A stretch of 64,000 bases of DNA from Thermoplasmatales archaeon (GTDB lineage: Archaea; Thermoplasmatota; E2; DHVEG-1). Positions 1 through 9,388 of this stretch are shown in pieces. Both the position numbers and the translations under genes were made by a program. The notes under the pieces were generated by a model. That model saw only the letters and a list, made by a program, of their open reading frames with translations, was not told where the DNA came from and did no database searches. The stretch spans positions 1,303,212 to 1,367,211 of the forward strand of contig CP070836.1 in the NCBI GenBank assembly GCA_020341795.1, read 5' to 3'. Numbering within the stretch: the first letter of the stretch is position 1; each line of letters starts with the position of its first letter.

Positions 1-342
1 CCTGGAATGACTGCAGGACGTAAAGGTGAGGTTGATTTAATAAAAAGAAATGATATTGATACAGCTGTAGGATATGCTCTTGCATCACAGTATCTAGGTA
101 TGGATTTTTTTTATTTAGAAGCTGGTTCAGGAGCTCCAAAACCAGTTTCATCCAAGATGATTACATCTGTAAAAAATAACATAAATATGCCTCTAATTGT
201 CGGTGGAGGAATACGTGATCCAAAAACTGCAAAAGAAATTTCAAAAGCAGGTGCAGATATTGTTGTAACTGGTACTAAACTTGAAGAAGAAAAAAATGTA
301 AAAAAAGCATTAATAGATATTATTAAAGCTATTGAGGATTAG
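1..342 (+). CDS. geranylgeranylglyceryl phosphate synthase (PcrB/GGGPS family), C-terminal part; 5' end lies outside the window
   Basis: Frame 1 is open from base 1 (the track starts at internal Met 7). FYLEAGSGA, PLIVGGGIRD and ADIVVTGT match the phosphate-binding TIM-barrel pattern of PcrB/GGGPS. Confidence 0.8.
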   Translation, partial: PGMTAGRKGEVDLIKRNDIDTAVGYALASQYLGMDFFYLEAGSGAPKPVSSKMITSVKNNINMPLIVGGGIRDPKTAKEISKAGADIVVTGTKLEEEKNVKKALIDIIKAIED

Positions 343-348
343 ATACAT

Positions 349-900
349 ATGAAAGTTTTTCTAAGTATCGGCGGAGCATCCGGTAGCATTTATGGTATCA
401 GACTTTTAGAAGAATTAAAAAAAGCAGATGTAGAGATTCATCTTACTATTTCTGATGGTGCGAAAAAAATCCTTGAACATGAAACACATTATAAGTTTAA
501 AGAGTTAAAAAACCAAACGGATTTTTACTACAATAATTATGATATGTTTACTGGTCCTGCTAGTGGTTCTTTTTCACTTGATGCAATGGTTATATGCCCA
601 TGTAGTATGAAAACATTATCAGCAGTTGCAAATGGATATGGTGATAATCTTACATCTCGATCTGCAAGTTGTCAGCTGAAAGAGGAAAGAAAATTAATAC
701 TAGTTATTAGAGAAACACCTCTGGAACTACCTGGGATAAAAAACATGCTATTAGCAAAGCAAGCAGGTGCAACTATACTTCCTACTATGCCTGGTTTTTA
801 TCATGAACCAAAAAAGATTGAGGATTTAGTAGATTTTATAGTTGGAAAAATTCTTGATCAGCTAAAAATTGATCACATTCTTTTTAAACGTTGGAAATAA
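349..900 (+). CDS. ubiX: flavin prenyltransferase UbiX/Pad1 family
   Basis: N-terminal GGASGSIYG Rossmann-like motif and CPCSMKTLSAVANGYGDNL core; starts 6 bp after the preceding stop. Confidence 0.8.
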   Translation: MKVFLSIGGASGSIYGIRLLEELKKADVEIHLTISDGAKKILEHETHYKFKELKNQTDFYYNNYDMFTGPASGSFSLDAMVICPCSMKTLSAVANGYGDNLTSRSASCQLKEERKLILVIRETPLELPGIKNMLLAKQAGATILPTMPGFYHEPKKIEDLVDFIVGKILDQLKIDHILFKRWK

Positions 901-913
901 TAACTTTTACTAA

Positions 914-1363
914 TTAACTTATTTTTTTATCTATTCGGTCCAATCTTAAAACAACATATGTAATAATGGTGGCTATAATTGGTAATGTATAGTTTCCAAG
1001 ACCAACAATTAGACCGATAGCTGCAGCAACCCAAAGACTTGCAGCTGTTGTAAGACCTTTAACATCTCCTCTTAAAGCAATTATACTTCCTGCTCCAATA
1101 AAACTGATTCCTGCAACTACTCCTGCAGCAATACGTGTTGGATCATATGAACCACTGGTTCCTGCTGGTATTAAAAAAAATGAAGCTATAGTAAATAAGC
1201 ATGCTCCCATACTAACAAAAATATGTGTTCTAAGACCTGCTGGTTTATGACTTAATTCTCTTTCATAACCAATAATTGCACTAAGTATAATTGCTACTAA
1301 GAGTCTAACTATAAGTTCTAGATCAAACCAAGTAAATGATAAACTAAATGGTAAATCAATCAT
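914..1363 (-). CDS. MgtC/SapB family membrane protein
   Basis: Hydrophobic helices plus the IGYERE...KPAGLRTH signature of the MgtC family. Confidence 0.75.
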   Translation of the reverse strand: MIDLPFSLSFTWFDLELIVRLLVAIILSAIIGYERELSHKPAGLRTHIFVSMGACLFTIASFFLIPAGTSGSYDPTRIAAGVVAGISFIGAGSIIALRGDVKGLTTAASLWVAAAIGLIVGLGNYTLPIIATIITYVVLRLDRIDKKIS

Positions 1364-1410
1364 GAATAAACGTTATTATATCTCAATATAAAAACTTTAG
1401 ATTTTTTTTT

Positions 1411-1995
1411 TTATTTATCACATATTTTAACAAAGTTGTTGAATAATTCCTCACCATATTCTGTGTGCTCTACTTCAGGGTGAAATTGTAATCCATAAAA
1501 TGGTTTTTCTTTATGTTTCATTGCTTGTACTTTACAGCTTTCACTTGAAGCGAGTAGTTCAAATATATCTGGTAATCGTATTACTTCGTCATTATGTGAC
1601 TCCCATACAACTGATTTTTTAGGTATATCTTTAAATATTTCATCATCTTTTATTATTGTTAACTCAACTTTACCAAACTCTGGATTATCCGCAGGTTTTG
1701 CATCTCCTCCAAAAAAACGTGCCATAAACTGATGACCTGCACATATTCCTAGAACTGGAAATTTTGCTTTTTCTAAATATTCTGCACAGTTTCCAAGTTC
1801 GCTTTCAATACCAACACGTGGAGCACCACCTGATAAAACCAAGCCATCTATATCTTCTTTTAGTATTTCATTAAAAGAAGCAGTGTTTGGAACAATTGTT
1901 GTCTCAACACCTAGGTCACGTAGCGTACGCCATTCACGATGAGTCCATTGACCACCATTGTCAACGACAAAGATTTTAACCATTGTTATTCCCAT
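1411..1995 (-). CDS. guaAA: GMP synthase (glutamine-hydrolysing) subunit A, class I amidotransferase
   Basis: GICAGHQ nucleophile elbow and QFHPE His-Glu motif. An alternative start at 1983 (MVKIFVVDNGGQW) would remove the 10-nt overlap with subunit B. Confidence 0.85.
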   Translation of the reverse strand: MGITMVKIFVVDNGGQWTHREWRTLRDLGVETTIVPNTASFNEILKEDIDGLVLSGGAPRVGIESELGNCAEYLEKAKFPVLGICAGHQFMARFFGGDAKPADNPEFGKVELTIIKDDEIFKDIPKKSVVWESHNDEVIRLPDIFELLASSESCKVQAMKHKEKPFYGLQFHPEVEHTEYGEELFNNFVKICDK

Positions 1996-2933
1996 TCCAC
2001 CGTACCTGGTGGTTTATTTGTAACATCATATACAACACGGTTTATTTTATCTATCATCGCAATTGTAATACGAGTAGAAATTTTATCAAGTATATCATGC
2101 GGAATCTTACTATATGCACATGTCATTGCATCAACACTTTGTACAGCTCTTATTGAAATAACATATCCATAAGCTCTACGATCCCCTTGAACTCCAACTG
2201 ATTTAATAGGAAGTAAAACTGCAAAATACTGCCACGGCATCTCCATTTTCCCTTTTTGAACTGCTTTTTCAATTTCATCTTCCACAATAAAGCAAGCTTC
2301 CCTAACAATATCTACTCTTTCAGGCGTTGCTTCACCAATTATTCTAACAGCAAGACCAGGACCTGGAAAAGGTTGTTTTTCAGCAACCTCCAATTTTAAG
2401 GCTCGGGCAACCTTTCTAACTTCATCCTTATAAAGATCACGAAGAGGTTCAACAAGTTTAAGTTTCATATATTCTGGTAATCCACCAACATTATGATGTG
2501 ATTTAATATTATCCCGAAGACTATCTCCTGATTCAATCCAGTCAGGAGCAATTGTTCCTTGAACAAGATATTCAATTTTTTCTTCTTTTGCTACTTTTTC
2601 AAAAACTCTAATAAATTTTTCACCAATGATTTTTCGTTTACGTTCTGGTTCTTCAACATTTTTTAATTCTTTATAAAAATCTTTACTTGCATTGATAAAA
2701 CGAAAGTTCAATCCCATTTTTTTCATAAATTTTTTTACATTTTCACTTTCGTTTTTTCGCATATAACCTGTGTCAACATGAACTGCAATAAGTTTCTCTC
2801 CAACAGCTTTGTTTACAAGAGCTGCACAGACAGTACTATCTACTCCTCCAGAAAATGCAATTAAAGCCATACCAGAAACCTGTTTTTTAAGAGAGTCTAT
2901 GGTTTCATCAATGAATTTTTTAACTTTAAACAT
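1986..2933 (-). CDS. guaAB: GMP synthase subunit B (ATP pyrophosphatase)
   Basis: SGGVDS PP-loop and the canonical GuaA C-terminus ...NKPPGTVEWE; the split A/B organisation is typical of archaea. Confidence 0.9.
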   Translation of the reverse strand: MFKVKKFIDETIDSLKKQVSGMALIAFSGGVDSTVCAALVNKAVGEKLIAVHVDTGYMRKNESENVKKFMKKMGLNFRFINASKDFYKELKNVEEPERKRKIIGEKFIRVFEKVAKEEKIEYLVQGTIAPDWIESGDSLRDNIKSHHNVGGLPEYMKLKLVEPLRDLYKDEVRKVARALKLEVAEKQPFPGPGLAVRIIGEATPERVDIVREACFIVEDEIEKAVQKGKMEMPWQYFAVLLPIKSVGVQGDRRAYGYVISIRAVQSVDAMTCAYSKIPHDILDKISTRITIAMIDKINRVVYDVTNKPPGTVEWE

Positions 2934-3391
2934 TATTTACCACTAAGTACTTTTTCTTTCATTTTTATCCTATAATTTATCATTTCTTTCTGTAGATTTT
3001 CATCTTTTACAGAAAGAATTTGAATTGCTAATAAAGCTGCATTATCTCCTCGATCAAGTCCAACAGCTGCAACTGGAATACCCGGAGGCATTTGAACTAT
3101 TGATAAAACTGCATCAAAATTTACTTTTCCTGATACAGGAACACCAATTACAGGTTTTATAGTATATGCTGCGATACTTCCAGGAAGTGCTGCTGATAGA
3201 CCAGCTACTCCAATAAAAACACTTGCATCACTTTTTTCTATTAAATCCTTTAGATATTCTGGGGTTCTATGTGCTGATGCAACTTTTATGTCATATTTTA
3301 CACTAAAATCTTTAAGTATTTTTTCAATTTTCTCGGCAACTGGCATATCAGATTTTGAGCCGAGTATTATCTGAATTTTCATACTAATCAA
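2933..3391 (-). CDS. purE: phosphoribosylaminoimidazole carboxylase / N5-CAIR mutase catalytic subunit PurE
   Basis: GSKSD and SAHRTP motifs; stop overlaps the guaAB start codon. Confidence 0.85.
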   Translation of the reverse strand: MISMKIQIILGSKSDMPVAEKIEKILKDFSVKYDIKVASAHRTPEYLKDLIEKSDASVFIGVAGLSAALPGSIAAYTIKPVIGVPVSGKVNFDAVLSIVQMPPGIPVAAVGLDRGDNAALLAIQILSVKDENLQKEMINYRIKMKEKVLSGK

Positions 3392-3613
3392 ATCTGGGTT
3401 ATAGATAAATACTAGTTAATAGTTGCGACTATAAAAAAAAAGATTAATTAATAAATTTTCATACAAAAACTTCATGATCTAAATAATTACATAGATATAT
3501 TGTTTTCTAATACTATTAAAATATATCACTTTATGAAAGTTAAAATTTTTTAATGCCGTAAACTAATTATAATAGATTATTATCTTCTGTGCCCAACAAT
3601 ACATGGAATCAAA

Positions 3614-5638
3614 ATGAAACTAGTAATTTGTGAAAAAAATATTTCTGCTAGAAGAATTGCATATATTTTATCAAATGGAAAAATTAAAAGTACTCGTCTT
3701 GGCAAAATCCCTTTATATGAATTTACAAGAAACAATGAAACATGGAGAATTATTGGATTAAAAGGTCATATTATCAATTTAGATTTTCCAACAGGTTATA
3801 ATAAATGGAATAAAGTAACCCCTGCTGAACTTATCAACGTTGATCCAATTAAAAAAGTAAGTGAAAAAAGCATTGCTTCTGCTTTAAAATCTTTGGTAGA
3901 AAATAGTCCTTATTTAATTGTAGCAACAGATTTTGACCGTGAAGGTGAACTAATCGGTGTTGAAATTATCGATTTACTAAAAACCTATAATACAAATCTT
4001 AACCAAATAAAAAGGGCGAAATTTAGTGCTATTACTAATCAAGAAATCGAAAGTGCATTTAAAGACCTAACAGAGGTTGATTATAATTTATCAAATGCTG
4101 GGGAAACACGTCAGGTTATCGATTTAATTTGGGGAGCTGTGCTTACCAGATTTATTTCGCTTGCTACTCACCGTTTTGGTAGAGATTTTTTATCAATAGG
4201 TAGAGTTCAATCACCTACTCTTGCTTTAATTGTTGAGCGTGAAAAAGAAATAAAAAATTTCGAACCAAAAAAATATTGGAAAATTATTGCAAAACTAAAA
4301 AAAGACATATCTTTTGATGCAACACATGCTAAGGATCAATTTTGGAATGAAGAAAAAGTTAAAAAAATATACGACAGAGTTAAAACGACTAAAACTGCAA
4401 AAGTAAAAAAAGTAGAGAAAAAAATTAATAGAGAATTTCCACCATCACCATTTAATACAACTACTTTTCTTGAAGCAGCATCTCATCTAGGTGTTAGTGC
4501 TGCTCGTGCTATGAGTGTTGCAGAAGAGTTGTATATGTCTGGTCTAATTTCTTATCCTCGTACTGATAATACTGTTTATCCACCCTCTTTGAATATAAGA
4601 AGTATTTTAGAAAAACTTAAAAACTCAAAGTTTTCAAAAGAAGCACTTGAGGTAATAAGTAATGGACGTAATAAACCAACTCGTGGAAAAAAACAAGCTA
4701 CGGATCATCCACCTATTCATCCAGTTGGTATTATAACAAATCAGAAACTTACCAGGGATCATTTAAGGATTTATGAGCTTATATGTCGAAGATTTCTCTC
4801 AACTCTTGCTAAAGATGCAATTTCTGAAATTGTTAATGCATTTTTTGATGTTTCTGGTGAAGATTTTAAAGCAGATGGTTATCGTTTAATTGAGTCTAAT
4901 TGGCTGAGTATTTACACATACTATAAGGAAAAAAGAAAGATATTACCTGAATTGTTAGAAGGAGAATTAGTCAATATATCTAAAATAAATTTAAAGGAAG
5001 ATTATACAAAGCCACCTCCACGATATACACAAGGATCACTAATTGCAAAAATGGAAAAATTGTTACTTGGAACAAAGAGTACTCGTCATGAAATAATTAG
5101 TAAATTATATTCACGAAAATATATAACATTATCTCCACTTGCACCTACTCCAACAGCTTTTGCAGTTATAGATTCACTTGAAGATTGTGATGTAGTAAAA
5201 CCAGTGATGACAGCCAAACTGGAAAATGATATGGACCAAATTTCTGAAGGTAAAAAAACTCTTGAAGAAATTGTTGATGAATCGAAAAAAATGCTTTCAA
5301 AAGTTGTATTTAGTTTAGAAAAGGAAAAAGAAAAAATCAAAAAATCCATTAAAAATGCATCACGTGTAGAAAATACAATAGGTAAGTGTCCTAAATGTGG
5401 AAATGATATGATTGTTAGGACCTCTAAACGAGGTAAACGTTTTGTTGGTTGCTCTAGCTATCCGAAGTGCAATAATACATATTCTTTGCCACAGTTTGGC
5501 GGTATTTTTGCAACGGGTCAGACTTGTGAAAAATGCAGTGGACCTGTTGTAAAAATTAAATCAAAAGATAAACGTGGATGGGAATTATGCTTAAATTCTG
5601 AATGTAATGCAAAAAAACCAAAAAGTAAAAAAAATTAA
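3614..5638 (+). CDS. topA: type IA DNA topoisomerase (topoisomerase I-like) with C-terminal zinc ribbons
   Basis: Toprim start MKLVICEKN, DFDREGE acidic cluster, active-site ISYPRTDN, and two C-terminal CxxC...CxxC ribbons (CPKCGN...CSSYPKC; CEKCSG...CLNSEC). Confidence 0.85.
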   Translation: MKLVICEKNISARRIAYILSNGKIKSTRLGKIPLYEFTRNNETWRIIGLKGHIINLDFPTGYNKWNKVTPAELINVDPIKKVSEKSIASALKSLVENSPYLIVATDFDREGELIGVEIIDLLKTYNTNLNQIKRAKFSAITNQEIESAFKDLTEVDYNLSNAGETRQVIDLIWGAVLTRFISLATHRFGRDFLSIGRVQSPTLALIVEREKEIKNFEPKKYWKIIAKLKKDISFDATHAKDQFWNEEKVKKIYDRVKTTKTAKVKKVEKKINREFPPSPFNTTTFLEAASHLGVSAARAMSVAEELYMSGLISYPRTDNTVYPPSLNIRSILEKLKNSKFSKEALEVISNGRNKPTRGKKQATDHPPIHPVGIITNQKLTRDHLRIYELICRRFLSTLAKDAISEIVNAFFDVSGEDFKADGYRLIESNWLSIYTYYKEKRKILPELLEGELVNISKINLKEDYTKPPPRYTQGSLIAKMEKLLLGTKSTRHEIISKLYSRKYITLSPLAPTPTAFAVIDSLEDCDVVKPVMTAKLENDMDQISEGKKTLEEIVDESKKMLSKVVFSLEKEKEKIKKSIKNASRVENTIGKCPKCGNDMIVRTSKRGKRFVGCSSYPKCNNTYSLPQFGGIFATGQTCEKCSGPVVKIKSKDKRGWELCLNSECNAKKPKSKKN

Positions 5639-5712
5639 GTTTATTTATATACAATAAATTATTTATACAAGAATAAATAATATTATTTTATAAAAGATAA
5701 GGTGTTTATATC

Positions 5713-7509
5713 ATGAAATATGATCAGATAAAAAATACAATAATTATATTATTCTTAGCTTTAATTTTACTTATTACATCATTTACATCAACAATAAATT
5801 CTTTAAAAATAAATGATAGTATAAAAGATGATAAATGCAATTTTCTAAAGGTAACAAAAAAGATAATGAACTTAAATCCAACAGAATTAACTTCAAATAA
5901 TGAAAAAACAGGTATATTGGAATTATCAGATGATATTGTTGTAGCTAATGAAACATATAACGAATACAAACCTTCAATGATATTATCAGGGACCAATGTT
6001 TTAGTAGGATATGAATGTGAAAATGAAAATGAAAAATTCATCTCAATAAAAAAATCCTTTGACTATGGTCAAAACTGGTCAAATGCAATAATTTATTCAA
6101 GTTATGAATATAATTTTACGAATCCAAGTTTTACAAAACTTCTATCTGGGCAGGACTATGGATTTGGATCGTTTATAACACCTGAAAACTCAAGTTATAT
6201 ATTTGAACTAATTATAAGTTCCTTTAGTAACACTGGCTTATGGAATGTTAATATTTGGGATTATTCAAATATTACAGACAATAATGGTAATTTCTTAGGG
6301 GCATTTTTTGATTTATCTGCCCCAAATTCAATATATTTCAAAGATCCAGATGTACCTTGGATTATTGGATCAGTAGGAGATTCAGAATTTATCGAGGGAT
6401 ATGAAGATTTTAACGGTGAAGATATGCCAATTTTCTTCTATCAAGATCCTACAAATCCAGATGAAAGTAGAATTATTGTATTCTTCCCAGAAGTTACAGG
6501 ATGTAGCAATATATCAATAAGTCCAGGTGAAGATAGTTCTGGTAATTCAATGGTCTATGGTGTATGTGAAGTAGAAAATGGCACTAATAAAAATTTATTG
6601 TTTTTTCATGGTAATCCAGATATATGGGGAGTAGAAGATTTCCTAAGAAAACAATATATTAATAATTCAGAAGATTTTAAACATCCAAAAATATTAGCTG
6701 ATAAAAATGATATTTATATATCTGTAGAAACCACAACTCGTGGAATTGTTTTATATCATTCATCAAATTATGGAAACACCTGGAATTTATATGATATTAC
6801 ATCTGATTTTTTATTTGTTGAGAATCCTATGTACCCAATTTTAAGACAAAATTCTAATAAACTATTTTGTGGCTTTCTAAACTCCGGTAATTTATCAATT
6901 TCATCAACATATAAAAGCAATATTAATTGGGATGATCCAATTCAAATCAATGATCTAGATGGATCTGTTGAACCAGGTTATAATTATTATGATATTTATG
7001 ATGATACTAGAGTAATTTGGAGTGATAATAGAGGAGGTAATCTTGATATTTATTATCATTTAAGTTATATTCCATCCACTGATTTAGCTCTTATTGATTT
7101 TGAATTAGTAAAAGAAAATGAAATAAGACTAATTCCAACTAAACATTACATAAATATAAAAGTTGAAAACCTAGGTGACGCACCGGCACATGATATTTAC
7201 ATTAATGTGTCATATAAGCTTAGTAGAAGCGATGAAGTTTATTATATTGATAGAATTTTATACATAGATTATTTGGGAGCATATCAAAACACAACAATTA
7301 AAAGACCACTATTTAGAATTAGGGAAAACGAAGTTTTCCAGGCACTTAAAGATTTTGCAGGTTTGGAAAGTATGACCGTCCATGTTGATCCAGAGAGAAA
7401 AATAGGTGACACAGATCGAAGTAATAACATTATTACAAAAGATGATATTTCATTTAGAAGCATATTTCCAATACTTGATTTGATAGAATTTATTTTTAGA
7501 TTACTATAA
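5713..7509 (+). CDS. secreted/anchored protein with BNR (Asp-box) repeats and a CARDB-like domain
   Basis: N-terminal hydrophobic signal/anchor; Asp-box-like SFDYGQNWS and SSNYGNTWN; C-terminal VENLGDAPAHDIYINVSY...DTDRSNN resembles a CARDB module. Confidence 0.6.
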   Translation: MKYDQIKNTIIILFLALILLITSFTSTINSLKINDSIKDDKCNFLKVTKKIMNLNPTELTSNNEKTGILELSDDIVVANETYNEYKPSMILSGTNVLVGYECENENEKFISIKKSFDYGQNWSNAIIYSSYEYNFTNPSFTKLLSGQDYGFGSFITPENSSYIFELIISSFSNTGLWNVNIWDYSNITDNNGNFLGAFFDLSAPNSIYFKDPDVPWIIGSVGDSEFIEGYEDFNGEDMPIFFYQDPTNPDESRIIVFFPEVTGCSNISISPGEDSSGNSMVYGVCEVENGTNKNLLFFHGNPDIWGVEDFLRKQYINNSEDFKHPKILADKNDIYISVETTTRGIVLYHSSNYGNTWNLYDITSDFLFVENPMYPILRQNSNKLFCGFLNSGNLSISSTYKSNINWDDPIQINDLDGSVEPGYNYYDIYDDTRVIWSDNRGGNLDIYYHLSYIPSTDLALIDFELVKENEIRLIPTKHYINIKVENLGDAPAHDIYINVSYKLSRSDEVYYIDRILYIDYLGAYQNTTIKRPLFRIRENEVFQALKDFAGLESMTVHVDPERKIGDTDRSNNIITKDDISFRSIFPILDLIEFIFRLL

Positions 7510-7521
7510 CTATTTTAAATC

Positions 7522-8478
7522 CTATAATTTTTTTATTATTCCATCCTCAGTAATAAAACCTGTTACATATTTGTTTGGCGTAACATCAAATGCTGGATTT
7601 TTCACTTTTGTATAGTCAGGCATTATCTTACAGTTATTGACAACTGCTAATTCTTCACGACCACGCTCCTCTATTAATATTTCATCACCTGATCTTAAAT
7701 TATCATCAAATGTACTAATTGGTGCAGCAACATAAAATGGAATATTGTTTTCTTTTGCTAGAACTGCTTTTTCATATGTACCAATTTTATTTGCAAAATC
7801 ACCATTACCTGCAATCCGATCAGCACCTGTGATAATCATATCAATATCACCATTTTTCATATAATAACCAGCTGCATTATCAGCTATTACTGCATGTTCT
7901 ATTCCTTCTTGTTCAAGTTCCCAATCAGTAAGTAGGCCCTGACATCTAGGGCGCGTTTCATCTGCAAAAACAAAAAATTTTTTACCCCTTCTATGAGCAA
8001 TATAAAAAGGTGAAAGAGCAGTACCATAATCAACTGTTGCAAGAGCTCCAGCGTTACAATGAGTCAAGATTTTCATACCATTTTTAATAAGTGGTTCACC
8101 ATGTTCTCCAATTCGTCGACATCTATCAATAATATCTTCAACATAAGCATCTGCTGCATTAAGAGGATTGATACATTCCTTTATTTTTTCAAGCATATAC
8201 TCAATAGCATAAAATAAGTCATAAGCGGTAGGTCTTGTTTTACGCAAAATTTCTGCAGTATTTTCAAGATCATTTACTCCAATTACAATACCATAAACAG
8301 CTGTCGCACCAATTGCTGGTGCACCACGAACAACCATCTCTTTTATTGCAAAAGCACATTCATCAACAGTTTTAGCGGTATAATATTCAAGTTTATATGG
8401 AAGTTTTCTTTGATCAATAAATTTTATTGCTCCATTTTCAAACCAGAGCGCTCTCCCCTCTTTTCCATCAATTTTCAT
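7522..8478 (-). CDS. mtnA: methylthioribose-1-phosphate isomerase (MtnA / eIF-2B alpha-beta-delta family)
   Basis: N-terminal FIDQRKLP...VRGAPAIGATA pattern typical of MtnA-type members, then the GADRIA..GD.ANKIGTY core. Confidence 0.75.
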   Translation of the reverse strand: MKIDGKEGRALWFENGAIKFIDQRKLPYKLEYYTAKTVDECAFAIKEMVVRGAPAIGATAVYGIVIGVNDLENTAEILRKTRPTAYDLFYAIEYMLEKIKECINPLNAADAYVEDIIDRCRRIGEHGEPLIKNGMKILTHCNAGALATVDYGTALSPFYIAHRRGKKFFVFADETRPRCQGLLTDWELEQEGIEHAVIADNAAGYYMKNGDIDMIITGADRIAGNGDFANKIGTYEKAVLAKENNIPFYVAAPISTFDDNLRSGDEILIEERGREELAVVNNCKIMPDYTKVKNPAFDVTPNKYVTGFITEDGIIKKL

Positions 8479-9053
8479 ATTAACTCCTCAAAGGTTTTAA
8501 AAATAATATCTTCTACTTCACTTAATCTATTTCCAACAAATAAAATACTATCATATCTGATAATAATTTTATTATTATAACTTAAATATTTCAAGATCTC
8601 TTTTATATTTTCTATAGATCCTATTGGATATTTATCATCAACTAATGGTAAATTATTAACTAATTTTTCAGCAAGAGTACCATTATTTATTTGAACAATA
8701 GAATTGACTTCCCTTCTTGCATGATGTATCATCCAATGAATAGGTGTTTCAATTTTTGGTTCCATTGGACCAATAACTAACAAAATATTTTTAACAGGAT
8801 TATAATCAACAATCTCGATTAATTCTTCTTTTTTAATATTTGTGAAATCTTCAACATCGCTATTAATCAATATTCGCTTACCGAATCCTAAGCTAATAGT
8901 TGCAGAGGTATTATCTGGTAAAATATCTTTTTCTTTTAATTTTTTACCGATTTTTATAATATCTACTATTAATGGAGAATTAGTTTGCTCTTTAGAAATA
9001 TAAAAAGATTGAAAGGAAAGGTTTGGAAAACTGCCCCTATTCATTAAAGACAA
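8475..9053 (-). CDS. class II aldolase/adducin-fold-like protein lacking the usual metal-binding histidines
   Basis: By-eye alignment to FucA/MtnB-type proteins: TSATIS ~ GNVS, EPKIETPIHWMIHHARREVNSIVQIN ~ PSSE..H..Y..RPD..AVVH.H. The ATGA overlap with mtnA suggests co-translation. Confidence 0.35.
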   Translation of the reverse strand: MSLMNRGSFPNLSFQSFYISKEQTNSPLIVDIIKIGKKLKEKDILPDNTSATISLGFGKRILINSDVEDFTNIKKEELIEIVDYNPVKNILLVIGPMEPKIETPIHWMIHHARREVNSIVQINNGTLAEKLVNNLPLVDDKYPIGSIENIKEILKYLSYNNKIIIRYDSILFVGNRLSEVEDIIFKTFEELI

Positions 9054-9126
9054 GATAGAGAAAATCTTTATTTATCTTTTCCATAAATAATTAAAAAAAT
9101 GGATTGTAAAAGTTACAATCCTATAC

Positions 9127-9291
9127 TTACAGTTCATCGTTTTTGATTTTTTCTTTGAGTATGTCAAATTGCTCTCTTGTTAAAGTACAAATATTATCTT
9201 TTTCTCCAATAATTACTTTATCTTCCCGTACATCAACAACTGGACATTTTGGCGGGTCACATACTCCATCGGTACATAATACTACTACCAT
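9127..9291 (-). CDS. small Cys-rich protein (54 aa), not in ORF track
   Basis: MVVVLCTDGVCDPPKCPVVDVREDKVIIGEKDNICTLTREQFDILKEKIKNDEL; GGAGGT at 9299-9304 lies 7 nt upstream of this ATG; same strand as the ligase gene and downstream of it. Confidence 0.5.
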   Translation of the reverse strand: MVVVLCTDGVCDPPKCPVVDVREDKVIIGEKDNICTLTREQFDILKEKIKNDEL

Positions 9292-9388
9292 TATCATTAC
9301 CTCCATTTAACGATTGTTAATTCTCAATTTGTTATCTAGATTTATTATAAAAATGTTTTGGAATAAAATATAGTAAAATACCGTTAAT

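Noticed and set aside
1939-2172. Track ORF (+, 77 aa) antisense to guaAA/guaAB.
   Set aside because: It lies entirely inside well-supported minus-strand genes, has low-complexity hydrophobic composition and no SD.
5086-6041. Track ORFs 5086-5349 (-) and 5724-6041 (-).
   Set aside because: They are antisense to topA and to the BNR/CARDB gene, with the Ser/Phe/Ile-rich composition typical of antisense frames in AT-rich DNA.
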